NCBI RefSeq assembly: GCF_039654945.1
Contig: NW_027361878.1
Coordinates: 21,204,001-21,268,000, forward strand
Origin: Dendrobates tinctorius
Taxonomy: Eukaryota
DNA length: 64,000 nucleotides
Direction: 5' to 3'
The first letter of the stretch is position 1, and each line of letters begins with the position of its first letter. The translations under genes were made by a program, and so were the position numbers. Positions 13,184 to 28,340 of the stretch are shown in pieces. Under the pieces are notes generated by a model. That model ran no database searches. It had not been told where the DNA came from and worked only from the letters and a program-made list of their open reading frames with translations.

Positions 13184-13549
13184 CTATTCTAGAGCTTTTG
13201 TTAAAGTAGTTTTTGAAACGTCAGAATATAATGCTCGGCATTTGCTTACAACTTGCAGGACATATTGCTTTTGTTCTTCATCTTTTGTCAGAAGGTCGTT
13301 AAAGTCGGTTACTTCCTACCTCTTTTAATTTTTCTTTCCTAACTTTTGGATTTACAACCCTAGCGTGCTCTGATGGTTCATCTGTGCTACTGAGCAATTT
13401 ATTAGCCATTAACAACTTTTCATTGTCTGTAATGGTGGGATCAAAAAGCGATAATCCCACCAACTCTGCATTCAAATACCACAAATGGTTCGAAAATTTG
13501 GTCAGGGCTATTTCTGCAATGTTATTGTCACATTCTTTATAGTCTAACA
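13184..13549 (-). pseudogene. hATm-like transposase fragments including C-terminus
   Basis: Minus strand gives ...NHLWYLNAELVGLSLFD... and, in another frame, DFNDLLTKDEEQKQYVLQVVSKCRALYSDVSKTTLTKALE*. Confidence 0.7.
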
Positions 13550-13861
13550 CAGGGGTCCCCAACCGCCGGTCCGCGGCTCAGCACCGGGCCGCTGCAGTGC
13601 CCTTGCCGGTCCGCGGACACAAGGGGAGCCAGGGGCGGTCAGTGGCGTAGCGGGGGCTGGGGCGGCGCGCAGCAGTTATTAGCGGCGGCCAGGGAGCGAT
13701 CCAAGCAGCTCCGCTGCGTGCAAGAGGGAATAGCAGGAGCGGAGCTGCAGGGACCCGTCCAGCTTCCTGCCCGCCGCCCGCGCTTCCTGTCTCTGACACA
13801 GAGAGGAGCGCGGCCGCTGCTGTGTGAGAGCAAGGAAGCGCGGGCGATGCTGCGACAGGTG

Positions 13862-14062
13862 NNNNNNNNNNNNNNNNNNNNNNNNNNNNNNNNNNNNNNN
13901 NNNNNNNNNNNNNNNNNNNNNNNNNNNNNNNNNNNNNNNNNNNNNNNNNNNNNNNNNNNNNNNNNNNNNNNNNNNNNNNNNNNNNNNNNNNNNNNNNNNN
14001 NNNNNNNNNNNNNNNNNNNNNNNNNNNNNNNNNNNNNNNNNNNNNNNNNNNNNNNNNNNNNN
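13862..14062. other. Assembly gap (about 200 N)
   Basis: Run of N. Confidence 0.99.
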
Positions 14063-14099
14063 CCTGGAGGAGATGGGGACATGAGGAGAAGGCCATGAG

Positions 14100-15045
14100 G
14101 GGAGTGATGGAGAGACGGCAGTGATGGGGTGAAGGCAATGATGGGGAGAGGGGAGTGATGGGGTGAAGGCAATGATGGGGAGAAGGGAGTGATGGGGAGA
14201 AGGCAATGATGGGGAGAAGGGAGTGATGGGGTGAAGGCATGATGGGGAGAAGGGAGTGATGGGGTGAAGGCAATGATGGAGAGACAGCAGTGATGGGGTG
14301 AAGGCAATGATGGAGAGATGGCAGTGATGGGGTGAAGGCAATGATGGGGAGATGGCAGTGATGGGGTGAAGGCAATGATGGGGAGAAGGGGGTGATGGGG
14401 TGAAGGCAATGATGGGGAGACAGCAGTGATGGGGTGAAGGCAATGATGGGGAGAAGGGAGTGATGGGGTGAAGGCATGATGGGGAGAAGGGAGTGATGGG
14501 GTGAAGGCAATGATGGGGAGAGGGGAGTGATGGGGTGAAGGCAATGATGGGGAGAAGGGAGTGATGGGGAGAAGGCAATGATGGGGAGAGGGGAGTGATG
14601 GGGTGAAGGCAATGATGGAGAGATGGCAGTGATGGGGTGAAGGCAATGATGGAGAGATGGCAGTGATGGGGTGAAGGCAATGATGGGGAGAGGGGAGTGA
14701 TGGGGTGAAGGCAATGATGGGGAGAAGGGAGTGATGGGGTGAAGGCAATGATGGGGAGAAGGGGGTGATGGGGTGAAGGCAATGATGGGGAGAGGGGAGT
14801 GATGGGGTGAAGGCAATGATGGAGAGATTGCAGTGATGGGGTGAAGGCAATGATGGGGAGAAGGGAGTGATGGGGTGAAGGCAATGATGGGGAGAAGGGA
14901 GTGATGGGGTGAAGGCAATGATGGAGAGATGGCAGTGATGGGGTGAAGGCAATGATGGGGAGACAGCAGTGATGGGGTGAAGGCAATGATGGGGAGAAGG
15001 GAGTGATGGGGTGAAGGCAATGATGGGGAGAAGGGGGTGATGGAG
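14100..15045. repeat. 34-bp (2x17) G-rich minisatellite GTGATGGGGTGAAGGCAATGATGGGGAGAAGGGA
   Basis: Direct reading of tandem units. Confidence 0.95.
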
Positions 15046-15589
15046 CCCTTATTCAAAACCTATGGTGAGTTGAGTCACATTATAAATGTTATTTAATTAT
15101 AAGTATGCACTGCTACACTACAACCGCGTCCATAGCCCCGCCCCCTTATGACCAAAGCCCCGCCCCTGCCACACCTCCATCCCCGCCCTGCCGGGCCACG
15201 GAAGAATGGTCTTGCTTGAAACCGGTCCCTGGTGCAAAAAAGGTTGGGGACCACTGGTCTAACAGACTATGCAAAATACCTAAATCTTAAAATACCTCAA
15301 TTTGGATTTTTTCAAACTTTGAGCGACGAGCGGCACGGGTTAACGTCGTTTGATCGCGCTCAAATTTTGGCTATCTCAATATCTGGAAAGGGGAATCGTT
15401 TTGTGGGGTCCAGACGGACAAAATTCCGACATCGATTTTTTGCGGTCACCCTAGTATACACATTGACAAATTGCTGGAACCCTCCTTTTACAGTAAGAAA
15501 AAAAACCACAATGATCATTCATGTAATTTGAAACTGACAAAAGTAATTTTCAGTTTTAATTTTTGAATATCAACTAATGAAAATCAGAT

Positions 15590-17046
<1,457 letters not shown>

Positions 17047-18883
17047 ATATATGGGTATATAACATATATAAAATATTATAGTAATGCCATTATTAGCAAT
17101 GTTGCACAGTAAATGAACACAAAATCGTTTGGATGGTCTTAGACGTGTAATTTTTAAGATGATTGTGACCATTGTTTCTTAGATTACCCTTACGTTTTTT
17201 TTTTTAATTATACACATATACGGTAATGAAGATGTGTGAATATACAGAAACTGGCTCCATGGACAGTTCCCCTGGCCAGGTAAAATGTAATGAGGATGTC
17301 CTCAGCAAGAAAACCTTTCCAAAGCCTGCCTGGAAATGAGTGCCTCTGCTTTCCAATAAATGAGACTTCCTATGAGGTAGCGGTTCGGCTTGTCAGCGGG
17401 GAAGTCGGGCGCAGAATCCAGACAACTGCATAAATAGCAAAACATAATGTTCCCTGTCTGCTGCGGTTAAACAGATGATATTTAAGGGATAGCCCCATAA
17501 ATAGGAGTGTGTCTGTGGAGCAGGAACTTGACCTGGAATAATTTAGCAGCGTGTAGCAGTAAAATTTGCGGCGCGTGTTTGTGTATAGATATATATTACA
17601 AAGCGGGTGCCCAGAAAGACATTAAAATAAATGGTGATGGCTGTTTAGTCATGCCGAGATTTGACTTCTGCAGCTTTCCCTCCCACTCTCACCCCCTCAC
17701 TCATCACTGATCCCTTGGAGAAGCGCCCAGGAAAGCTGCATTTTTACTGAGTCGCCGAAAAATATAAAATAAATAAATCTGCTTCCAAAAAAAAAAAAAA
17801 GGGTTGCAGACGACAAGAAACTGAAAACACAATCCTATTATCAAGTTCACTCTCAAGGTAGAAGTATAAAAAGCAGAACCTGTCAATCAATATTTCTCAG
17901 ATCTGCTGGATCTGTATAATGTATTTAATTTCTAACATTAGAGCTGAGTTTGGGAAAGGAATGCAAATTACAGATTAACAACATATGAAATAGTATAATT
18001 TACGGTAATGTTTAAGGTGCTTAAGGGCATAGTAATAGGGAATAAAGTCGCACTAAGATTCTGGTACCGGCAGGGGGCCCAAAGGCCTCTCGACAGTAGA
18101 AGAAGAAAACCACATTATAAATGGCACATGACACAAAAAGTGTAAAAGTACCAATCTAATGGTTGCTTTCCGACTGGCTATCATTGAAAAGATTTTAAGG
18201 AAAAGAATATATTGCCTTCTGGATAATGAAGAGTTCATAAGATAAGGAAGTATGTAGAAAGTGGCAAGGAAAGAAAAGGATAGTATGAAAAATGGAAGTA
18301 ATGTCATCGTCTTTTCATCCTCTACAGTAGATAGACACATACATTTATACCCGAAATGTTTCATTTTGCAGAATTCATATTACCTGAAATTACATCCTCG
18401 GGACATTACTTGTGATTGTCATACTGCCTGGATCTGACAAATGGATCAGTCCAAGCACATAATACATTATTGCTTAGCTCTCTAAATAAAATTTTACATT
18501 TTCGTAAAAAGTGGAATTCTGATGTACCCTCATAAGGCAGGATGAAATCCTGTTTTCATAGCTAGTGACCCAACCTACTAGTACATTCAATAAATTGCTT
18601 GTTCGATTCCACATATCATCTGACTAGTTCTGCAAACTAGGCTACATACAGAGTTGTTTTTAGGGGAAAATGTGCAAGATATATGTAGTTCCTGCATCCG
18701 TTTATTACAGTGCCATGTAGTAATGCGTCTTATGGGAGGAAAGCGGTGTAGTGGACCATGCAGATATTTTCTTCCAGGCAGATTACTTTTGAAGCCAACA
18801 GAGAAAAAAGTCCACTATGCCTCTGTTTGAAATTGAACTTCGTACACTTCTATGGGTGCTTGGAGTTTGTTCAAAGCATTAGC

Positions 18884-19294
18884 CGGGGTATCTGGGATTT
18901 AAAAACAAAAAAAAACAACTGTGCCTAAGCACCAACAGGCACGTAATTGCTGCTTACCTGCCTGTTTTGCATGGCGCCGTGCTTCCTCAGCACAGAGCTT
19001 TCACAGACCTCTCCTGCCGGGGATTGAGAAGCCTCCACTGACGTCACGTCTACATATCAGAGGCTACTTTTCCACTCCGCTCTGTCGAAGGGGCAATACT
19101 TCCAGTGTCATTCCGATTGACAGACGGATCCCCACTGCCTAACTGGGGAAGCCTGCTGGTTAGTCTCCGGCAGGAGCGGCTTGTGCCTGCTATGTGCCAG
19201 GTAAGAATGACGCCGGCACAACAGGCAGGTAATTTGCAATTACCTGCCTGTTAAGTGCTTAGGTTTCTTTTTTGTATAGTCCCGGATAGCTCCT
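18884..19294. mobile_element. Degenerate Kolobok/T2-type MITE
   Basis: GGGGTATCTGGGA ... TCCCGGATAGCTCCT|TTAA; inverted CCTAAGCAC-AACAGGCA / TGCCTGTT-GTGCTTAGG subterminal arms. Confidence 0.6.
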
Positions 19295-19619
19295 TTAATA
19301 CACAGTTGGTTGTGATTGGGGATGACCAATAACAGTACATGCAGAAGAGTATACGGTAATTACCAAATATTAGTCTGATACATGACTCTTCATGCTTAGA
19401 GGGAAAAATGCATCTCCTCTCCAAATTAGCTGTAGTGTATGAGAAACTAAAATATATGTAGGGTTCCTAAAGTAGGTATGTGGAGCAGCAGCTCCTTTCT
19501 TCAAAAGAACATGGCGTTGATCCAGTGGGCAGGTCTCATGCACCATTGGCGGGTTTCTGTGCTTACTCGGTTTGACCTCCCACCAGGTCAAATAAAGTCA
19601 ATAGAATCCCAGAAAATCA

Positions 19620-19822
19620 GAGTCACCAAAATTGGAGTTTGTATGTTCTCCCCTTGTTTGCGTGGGTTTCCTCTGGGTTCCCTGGTTTTCTCCTACACTG
19701 CAAAAACATACTGTTAGGGAATTTAGATTGTGAGCCCCGATGGGGACAGTGATGATGATGTCTGTAAAGCGCTGTGGAAATCAATGGCTTTACTCACTTA
19801 TAAGTGAGTAAATTAAATAAAA
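19620..19822 (+). mobile_element. 5'-truncated V-SINE-like element
   Basis: GGAGTTTGTATGTTCTCCCC...GCGTGGGTTTCC core and TTAGATTGTGAGCCCC...TGTAAAGCGCTG tail, shared with the copies at 26745-26972 and 31559-32150. Confidence 0.75.
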
Positions 19823-22800
19823 TGATTAGGGATGAACTGACCCATGGAAATTTTGGTTCTACCGAACTATAGTTTAAAGTTTGATTTGGGTACCAGAAAT
19901 GTACACACACTTGAGCCTGAACCTCATAGAAAATAGTGGGGACCCAAACTTTAAAGCTGGAACCATTGACAGAGAGTATTGGCTAATGGACTAAAATTTG
20001 TACTTTTTTTCCAGCAGTGTCTGTTTCTTCTGAAGACTACGTTCTTGTGCCTGTCTGAAGAGACAAACAAAGGAAGGGCAAAAATGCTATTTGAATGGAC
20101 CCTTATGCTATATTTAGAATGCATTATCACTTTACCAGTTCACCTAATGACTTTTCTGCAACAACGCGCTGTGCAAAATTCACATAAAACATTGAAAATA
20201 TGAACCTTAGCTGTTTTGTCCATAGTTTACCTGCACAGAGTAATAGGTCAAGGGAAATCGTTCTATAAGTTTCCATGATAAAAAGAAATGTCTTCAAAGG
20301 CCTAAACGTATCTGTCTGGTAGGAGTAGTATCTTTGTATCAGAATCATCCGGCGAGTGCAGCTTGTAGTTGGAGGTGCAGACGTGCAAACCTTTGCATTT
20401 GTTCATGGAAATATAAAGAAAAATAGCGATTGACCTTAAAATAGCATTTGTCTTTCATGCACTAACCCCATGGGCTAGCCGGAGCTTCAGACTAGCAGCT
20501 TACACAGTGTCTGCATCTTGTTTGGGCTCAGTCTCTGCGCTTCGGTTTCTGGTAGTTGTGCCAAGTGCATTAGTGCTGGATGGCTATAAATTTTAAGGAG
20601 CCAGGGGCTCTGTAACTCAGCAAAGCCCATAGTGAGTTGGTTGGGAAAACAGCGTCTCTCTTCTTTTTCATATCTTATTTACAGCTTTGTTTTTCTCTAA
20701 GTTGCCCTCTCTGGATCTTAGAAGGTAGGTCTAGGGAGATCACCCCCCATAAAACATCAGCAAAGCACAAGTTGTTACTCCCTTTTCTCTCTCTCTCTCC
20801 TTCCTGCGTCTCAAAATCAATATTAATTCATTATCTCCAACACTTGCCAGATATATTTATTCCCTTCTCCCCCCTTCTCACGCACAAACACACACTGCTT
20901 CACTCCCAATCCATTAAGGATCTTGATTTATGGGTCTCGTGGATGGTTAAGAAATAATATTATAATATAAGTGTATATTCTGGGCAACAATCGCGCACAA
21001 TATCCTTAGCATGTACATATATATTAGCGTAGGTGTCTTGGGTGAATGGTATCTGGAGGTCAGCTTGAGTGGCCGTAAGTTCCAGAATTGAAAGGTGAAA
21101 GAATCGAGTAATATATAGAGGTATAAATATAGGTGTAAGCACTTAAGAGGGTCATAAAAGGTATACATTAAATATATAAATCTAGGTGCACTTAGACGGA
21201 CAATCTGTCAGATGTTTGCTGATGCAAGGCACTCATTGTGTCAGATGTAACAGGTTTGTCAATAGGATTTTTTTTTAATTAACGTAAGAAACACTTGAAA
21301 CTTCCAGACGGAGTGACAGACGGAGGTCTGACGGGAAGTGAGTGTTGGCTCAGAGAAAACCAAGAAGGGTTCTAGAACTCTATGAGCCGTGAAACTATAT
21401 ATTCTCTCATCATCAGTGGGTTCATGAATAATGAAGCGACCCTTGAAATATCATGCGGAATACATTGCCAAGGGGTCAAACATCATAGCCGGCCAATCAA
21501 ATTTCCAAAATCTCCAATGATTCCAAGTATACATTGATTATCACTAAAACCTTTTGAAGTCATACATCAGAAACATCTTCGTGAAAACCCAGCCTGAGAT
21601 GATGAGAGGCCCCAAGATGGAAACATAGGTTCAGTAGATGCCATGTTTGATGTCAACATACCTCACCATGTGCCGCTTGTTGAGATTTGCAGGTCTTTGT
21701 TAAGAAATAAATGCTTGGTAAATTAGCCGTTCAGGGGCACGCCTAGCAAAAGGGAAATTTTGCATTTACCTCTTGGGGATGTGCTTTGTTTTCTGTTGGT
21801 GATTCATGAGGACAGGCTGAAAGCAGGCAGCAGTGACATTGCCAATTAAACATGACACACGCATGTCACTGAGCTACTCCACACATACATACACTTATTT
21901 AAAATAGGGTTGGATCTTTGCTCACAGGACCCCCTTAACCCCTGTGAGGCAAGTACCCAACCACAGCAATATTTCGCCTTTCCCCTGCCAGAATCGTGGT
22001 ATGTCACTAATAACGGAGCAACACTGTGCTTAGATCCGGGCTGCTTTCCATGTGATGAGCGTAGGGAGGGGAAGGTTTATTTAGCCAGAAGAGAAGCTGA
22101 GTTCAGTTCTAAATATTTGATGTTTTAGGATCGTTAAGCATAATTAAATACACTGATGTTAATGCCGTCCGCTCAGTGGAAGTGACAGGCGATAACTGCA
22201 GCATTTTATGAGTCCTTTGGGAAAGACTCACAGACTTCCCCTCCACTTCTGTCTATGGATTATGGGATGATAGAAGCAAGAGAAGTTTCTTCTTGCAGAC
22301 AGACAGACAGACAATCCTTCAATATTAACCCTTGGCAATCCAATCATAGATAAACCAGTCATTACACCAGTAAGTGATCTCTTTTAGAGATAAATTTACT
22401 GATTTCTGTTCGACGTAAAAAAATGTTCCATCCCGTCCATGAGATTGTTCACGGATGAGGCATCTGATAACGCTCATCTCCGATGGCAAAAATCTAGGAG
22501 TCTATGGCCAGCTTTAGTACTACTGTATAATGATGGTGAGAAATATTCACTCCAGGACACTACTAACATAATGTGATGCAAAATATTATGCTACACACAG
22601 AATTAAACAGTTCCCAATATTCTCCCGGACAGTAATCCACCGCAAAAAAAAAAAAGTATATGTAGTCTGTTCCTCATTACTTGTACACTCATTTGTGTAA
22701 TGGTTTCATAGGACTATAATTACGTTCTCCAGGAGCATTATTCATACATACAGTAAGTGCCAGAAGCTCTTGGGCTTCGTTTCCATTTCCCCATCTTATG

Positions 22801-22893
22801 TAATTCTGTCACATTTCTAATTGTAAACCGCATTCTGTATACATAAAGGCATACTCTAGAATTTACAAATTTTGAACATGTTGCCCTTCTTTA

Positions 22894-24525
<1,632 letters not shown>

Positions 24526-24650
24526 TATGTGTTTTGATTATATAAACTTTATGTCTCTCCATACGACTCTTACCATTTTTGTTTCTATATTTATTAAACT
24601 GGCCATACACTGTCAATAGCTCCGTTTGCCTAATGAACTCCTCCAAAATA

Positions 24651-26277
24651 CAGTCATATGTAAAAGTTTGGGCACCCCTATTAATGTTAACCTTTTTTCT
24701 TTATAACAATTTTGGTTTTTGCAACAGCTATTTCAGTTTCATATATCTAATAACTGATGGACTCAGTTATATTTCTGGATTCAAATGAGGTTTATTGTAC
24801 TAACAGAAAATGTGCAATCTGCATTTAAACAAAATTTGACAGGTGCAAAAGTATAGGCACCCTTATCATTTTCTTGATTTGAACACTCCTAACTACTTTT
24901 TACTGACTTCCTGAAGCACTAAATTGGTTTTGTAACCTCATTGAGCTTTGAACTTCATAGCCAGGTGTATCAAATCATGAGTAAAAGTATTTAAGGTGGC
25001 CACTTGCAAGTAGTTCTCCTATTTCATTCTCCTATGAAGAGTGGCATCATGGGCTCCTCAAAACAACTCTCAAATGATCTTAAAACAAAGATTATTCAAC
25101 ATAGCTTTTCAGGGGAAGGATACAAAAAGTTGTCTCAGAGATTTAACCTGTCAGTTTCCACTGTGAGGAACATAGTAAGGAAATGGAAGAACACAGGTAC
25201 AGTTCTTGTTAAGCCCAGAAGTGGCAGGCCAAGAAAAATATCAGAAAGGCAGAGAAGAAGAATGGTGAGAACAGTCAAGGACAATCCACAGACCACCTCC
25301 AAAGACCTGCAGCATCATCTTGCTGCAGATGGTGTCACTGTGCATCGGTCAACAATACAGCGCACTTTGCACAAGGAGAAGCTGTATGGGAGAATGATGC
25401 GAAAAAAAACGTTTCTGCAAGCAAGCCATAAACAGAGTCGTCTGAGGTATGCAAAAGCACATTTGGACAAGCCAGTTACATTTTGGAAGATGGTCCTGTG
25501 GACTGATGAGACAAAGATTGAGTTGTTTGGTCATGCAAAAAGGCGTTATGCATGGAGGCTAAAAAACACAGCATTCCAAGAAAAACACTTGCTACCCACA
25601 GTAAAATTTGGTGGAGGTTCCATCATGCTTTGGGGCTGTGTGGCCAATGCCGGCACCGGGAATCTTGTTAAAGTCGGTATCAGCAGATTCTTTACAATAA
25701 TGTGCAAGAATCAGTGACGAAGTTGAAGTTACGCAGGGGATGGATATTTCAGCAAGACAATGATCCAAAACACCGCTCCAAATCTACTCAGGCATTCATG
25801 CAGAGGAACAATTACAATGTTCTGGAATGGCCATCCCAGTCCCCAGACCTGAATATCATTGAACATCTGTGGGATGATTTGAAGCGGGCTGTCCATGCTC
25901 GGCGACCATCAAACTTAATTGAACTGGAATTGTTTTGTAAACAGGAATGGTCACAAATACCTTCATCCAGGATCCAGGAACTCATTAATAGCTACAGGAA
26001 GCGACTAGAGGCTGTTATTTTTGCAAAAGGAGGATCTACGAAATATTAATGTCACTTTCATGTTGAGGTGCCCATACTTTTGCATCGGTCAAATTTTGTT
26101 TAAATGCAGATTGCACATTTTCTGTTAGTACAATAAACCTCATTTGAATCCAGAAATATAGCTGAGTCCATCAGTTATTAGATATATGAAACTAAAATAG
26201 CTGTTGCACAAACCAAAATTGTTATAAAGAAAAAAGGTTAACATTAATAGGGGTGCCCAAACTTTAACATATGACTG
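24651..26277 (+). mobile_element. Tc1 (IR/DR-type) transposon, full length
   Basis: TIR CAGTCATATGT(A/T)AAAGTTTGGGCACCCC, about 210 bp with few mismatches; TA on both sides; 1627 bp. Confidence 0.95.
25049..26049 (+). pseudogene. Tc1 transposase with a single frameshifting deletion near 25676
   Basis: MGSSKQLS...WTDETK...GNLVKV, then second frame FQQDNDPKH...SPDLNIIE...GGSTKY*; 1001 nt, about 22 nt short of a 340-codon ORF. Confidence 0.92.
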
Positions 26278-26744
26278 TATGCTCTTGGATCAGCCAACTA
26301 TACTTGTTTTCTGAGTAGCGAATGTAGAGTAAGCAGCTGTCAAATACTGGCAGTGGCATTATTTTAGGATCAGGGATGTTGAAATTTAACATGCCCTATC
26401 ATTTTCCCAAACCAATAAAGGTCGTGCATGTCATTAGTCAAGGCGTGGTAGTGGCCGAGCCTCGCTATTGTTTGTAGTCAATGGCAAAAATGTATCTCCG
26501 TTTGCCTCCTGAATCCAGCAGCACATTAGAGGGGGTTATCCTTTCTGAACTCACTTCCACATTTCACATCTACCGATCGTGATGATACCTTTTGATCGTT
26601 GATGCGTCCTGGTAGGTATTAGGTATCACCAGTACCGCTCACCTTCCGATGCAGATCTCCCTAGCAGAAAGTGAGGACCGTCGCACAGTTTGGATTACGT
26701 TAGCCAACCATCTTATACAGTGATACTCAAATGTGAATTGGCAA

Positions 26745-26972
26745 CTTTTATTTATTATGCTTTGTGTATATAGCTGCATCATACTCCCAGTGGAGCTCAC
26801 AGTCTAAATCCCCTGTATCTGGAGTGTGGTAGGAAACTGGAGAACTCACAGGAAAACCACACAAACACAGGGGAGAAGATCCAAACTCCTTGCAGATGTT
26901 GTCCTTGGTGGGATTGAACCCAGGACATCAGTGCTGCAAAGCTAGAGTGCTAACCACTGAGTCCCTGTGCTG
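26745..26972 (-). mobile_element. tRNA-derived V-SINE-like element
   Basis: Minus strand: A-box-like GGACTCAGTGG, B-box-like GGTTCAATCCC, then AAGGACAACATCTGCAAGGAGTTTG core. Confidence 0.75.
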
Positions 26973-27276
26973 ACCTCCTGTACAACTTATACACATTTTA
27001 TGAGCTGCTATATAGCGCCTGTGTGCACCACTTCATTGCAGAGTAATATCTTTGTAAGATCCCAGCCAGTGTTGTCACTCCATTTTTTTTCTCTTGAACC
27101 CATAGATTTCTATAAGTGACTTATTACGGTGTACTAGTACTCTGCTCTACTTACGATGCTACAATGATGGCTACTACAAAGTTAGTAATGAGCTCTTAGA
27201 AGTCTATTCTGAAGCCTGTTTATTGTGGTAAAACTTAACAGTTTGGGCCCCTATCACCAGTTACTATAATAGGTTC

Positions 27277-28340
27277 AGGGCAAGGGTAGTGTGAGGCTGT
27301 GACCCGTGTCACAGGTAGGGGTCGCTGTTTTTTCTACCCAGGATGTGCACAGAGGCGTATTGAGGCCATGGGGGGCCATTGCAATGGTGAAGCAGTGACC
27401 GGTGTCACAGGTAGTGGTCACTGTGTGTTCGCCCCAGGATTTGCACGGAGGCGTATGAAGGCCATAGGAGTGCATGGCAGTCACGAACGTAGCTGTGACT
27501 GCAATGCAGACTATGAATAAAATAAGTGCTAGCCTTGGACATGCTAGTGTCCGAGGCAGATGTAGGGAAAACCTTCTCTGAGATGTTGTGGATCAGACTG
27601 CAGGATAGTAGTTGTGCAGTCCGTTTCACTCCTGGCCCAGGTTTTTCATGTGGCTAAAGGCCACAGGTTTCTTTGTTAAAAGACCTGCAGTGAAGGGTTT
27701 GGGTGTGTCAGGTCCAGTGTCAGGGCCAGAGTGAGTTGGTGCATGTTGCTGTGCTGAGCAGTTGGTGTTTGCAGAGCATGGCCTGTGTGAGGCAACACAC
27801 GACAGAGCGGAACCAATAGGCCTGACACCCGCAGCTTACACAGCGTTGCTGCCATCCACGGTAACTGGTCTCGGATGTGGACAGGTCTTGTGCCCGGAGG
27901 TGGCTGTCCTGTGCCTGAAGGAGGACTAGCGTGTCTAACAGCTGCAAACAGGTGGATATGGTGCCCGGCTGCGACCCGGAGGCTATCAATTACTGTGCAA
28001 GGCTGTGTGAGTAAAAAGACATTGACACGGTGGTGTAGTCGCCCACACAAACTTGTTAGAGGAAGACTAGCGTGTTTAGGGACTACAATATAAAGTATAT
28101 TGTGTACTGTGCAAAGAAAAGGTGGCTGTGAGTAAAAGAGATATTAACAGAGAGGTGCGGTCACCCACGGCAACTGGTCAGAGGTGGACTAGCATGTGTA
28201 GTGACTGCAAACTAATGAAGGCTCTGAGTAAGAGACATTGACACGGCACTGCAGTCGCCCACGGAAACTGGACAAAGGGAAGTACGGCGTGTTTAGTGAC
28301 TGTGATTTAAAGGATGCTGTGTACTATGTAGTGCTATGGA
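27277..28340. repeat. Unclassified GC-richer segment with internal tandem repeats (about 95 bp x2; about 100-125 bp x3)
   Basis: GTGACC-GTGTCACAGGTAG at about 27299 and 27394; TGAGTAA..GACATTGACACGG..GTCGCCCAC-like units at about 28008, 28129, 28225; LTR-like but no termini identified. Confidence 0.5.

Larger units (their letters stand above)
13550..15256 (-). mobile_element. Non-autonomous hAT (Charlie-like) element, copy B, inserted in right arm of hATm-like element
   Basis: TIR CAGGGGTCCCCAACC / GGTTGGGGACCACTG; 8-bp TSD GTCTAACA (13542-13549, 15257-15264); both ends homologous to copy A in reverse orientation. Confidence 0.9.
12757..15453. mobile_element. Fold-back hATm-like DNA transposon derivative
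   Basis: Termini TAGGGTGACCG / CGGTCACCCTA; 8-bp TSD GTATACAC (12749-12756, 15454-15461); inverted arms of about 390 bp each encode KFSNHLWYLNAELVGL; hATm assignment recalled from the TAGGGTG end and HLWYL motif. Confidence 0.8.

Noticed and set aside
11305-15045. CRISPR-like regular repeats
   Set aside because: Head-to-tail units without unique spacers, eukaryotic context, no cas genes
13578-15056. ORFs of 435-492 aa
   Set aside because: Produced by the 34-bp minisatellite and the N gap
26745-26972. tRNA gene
   Set aside because: A/B-box-like head is followed by SINE core and tail; no complete cloverleaf
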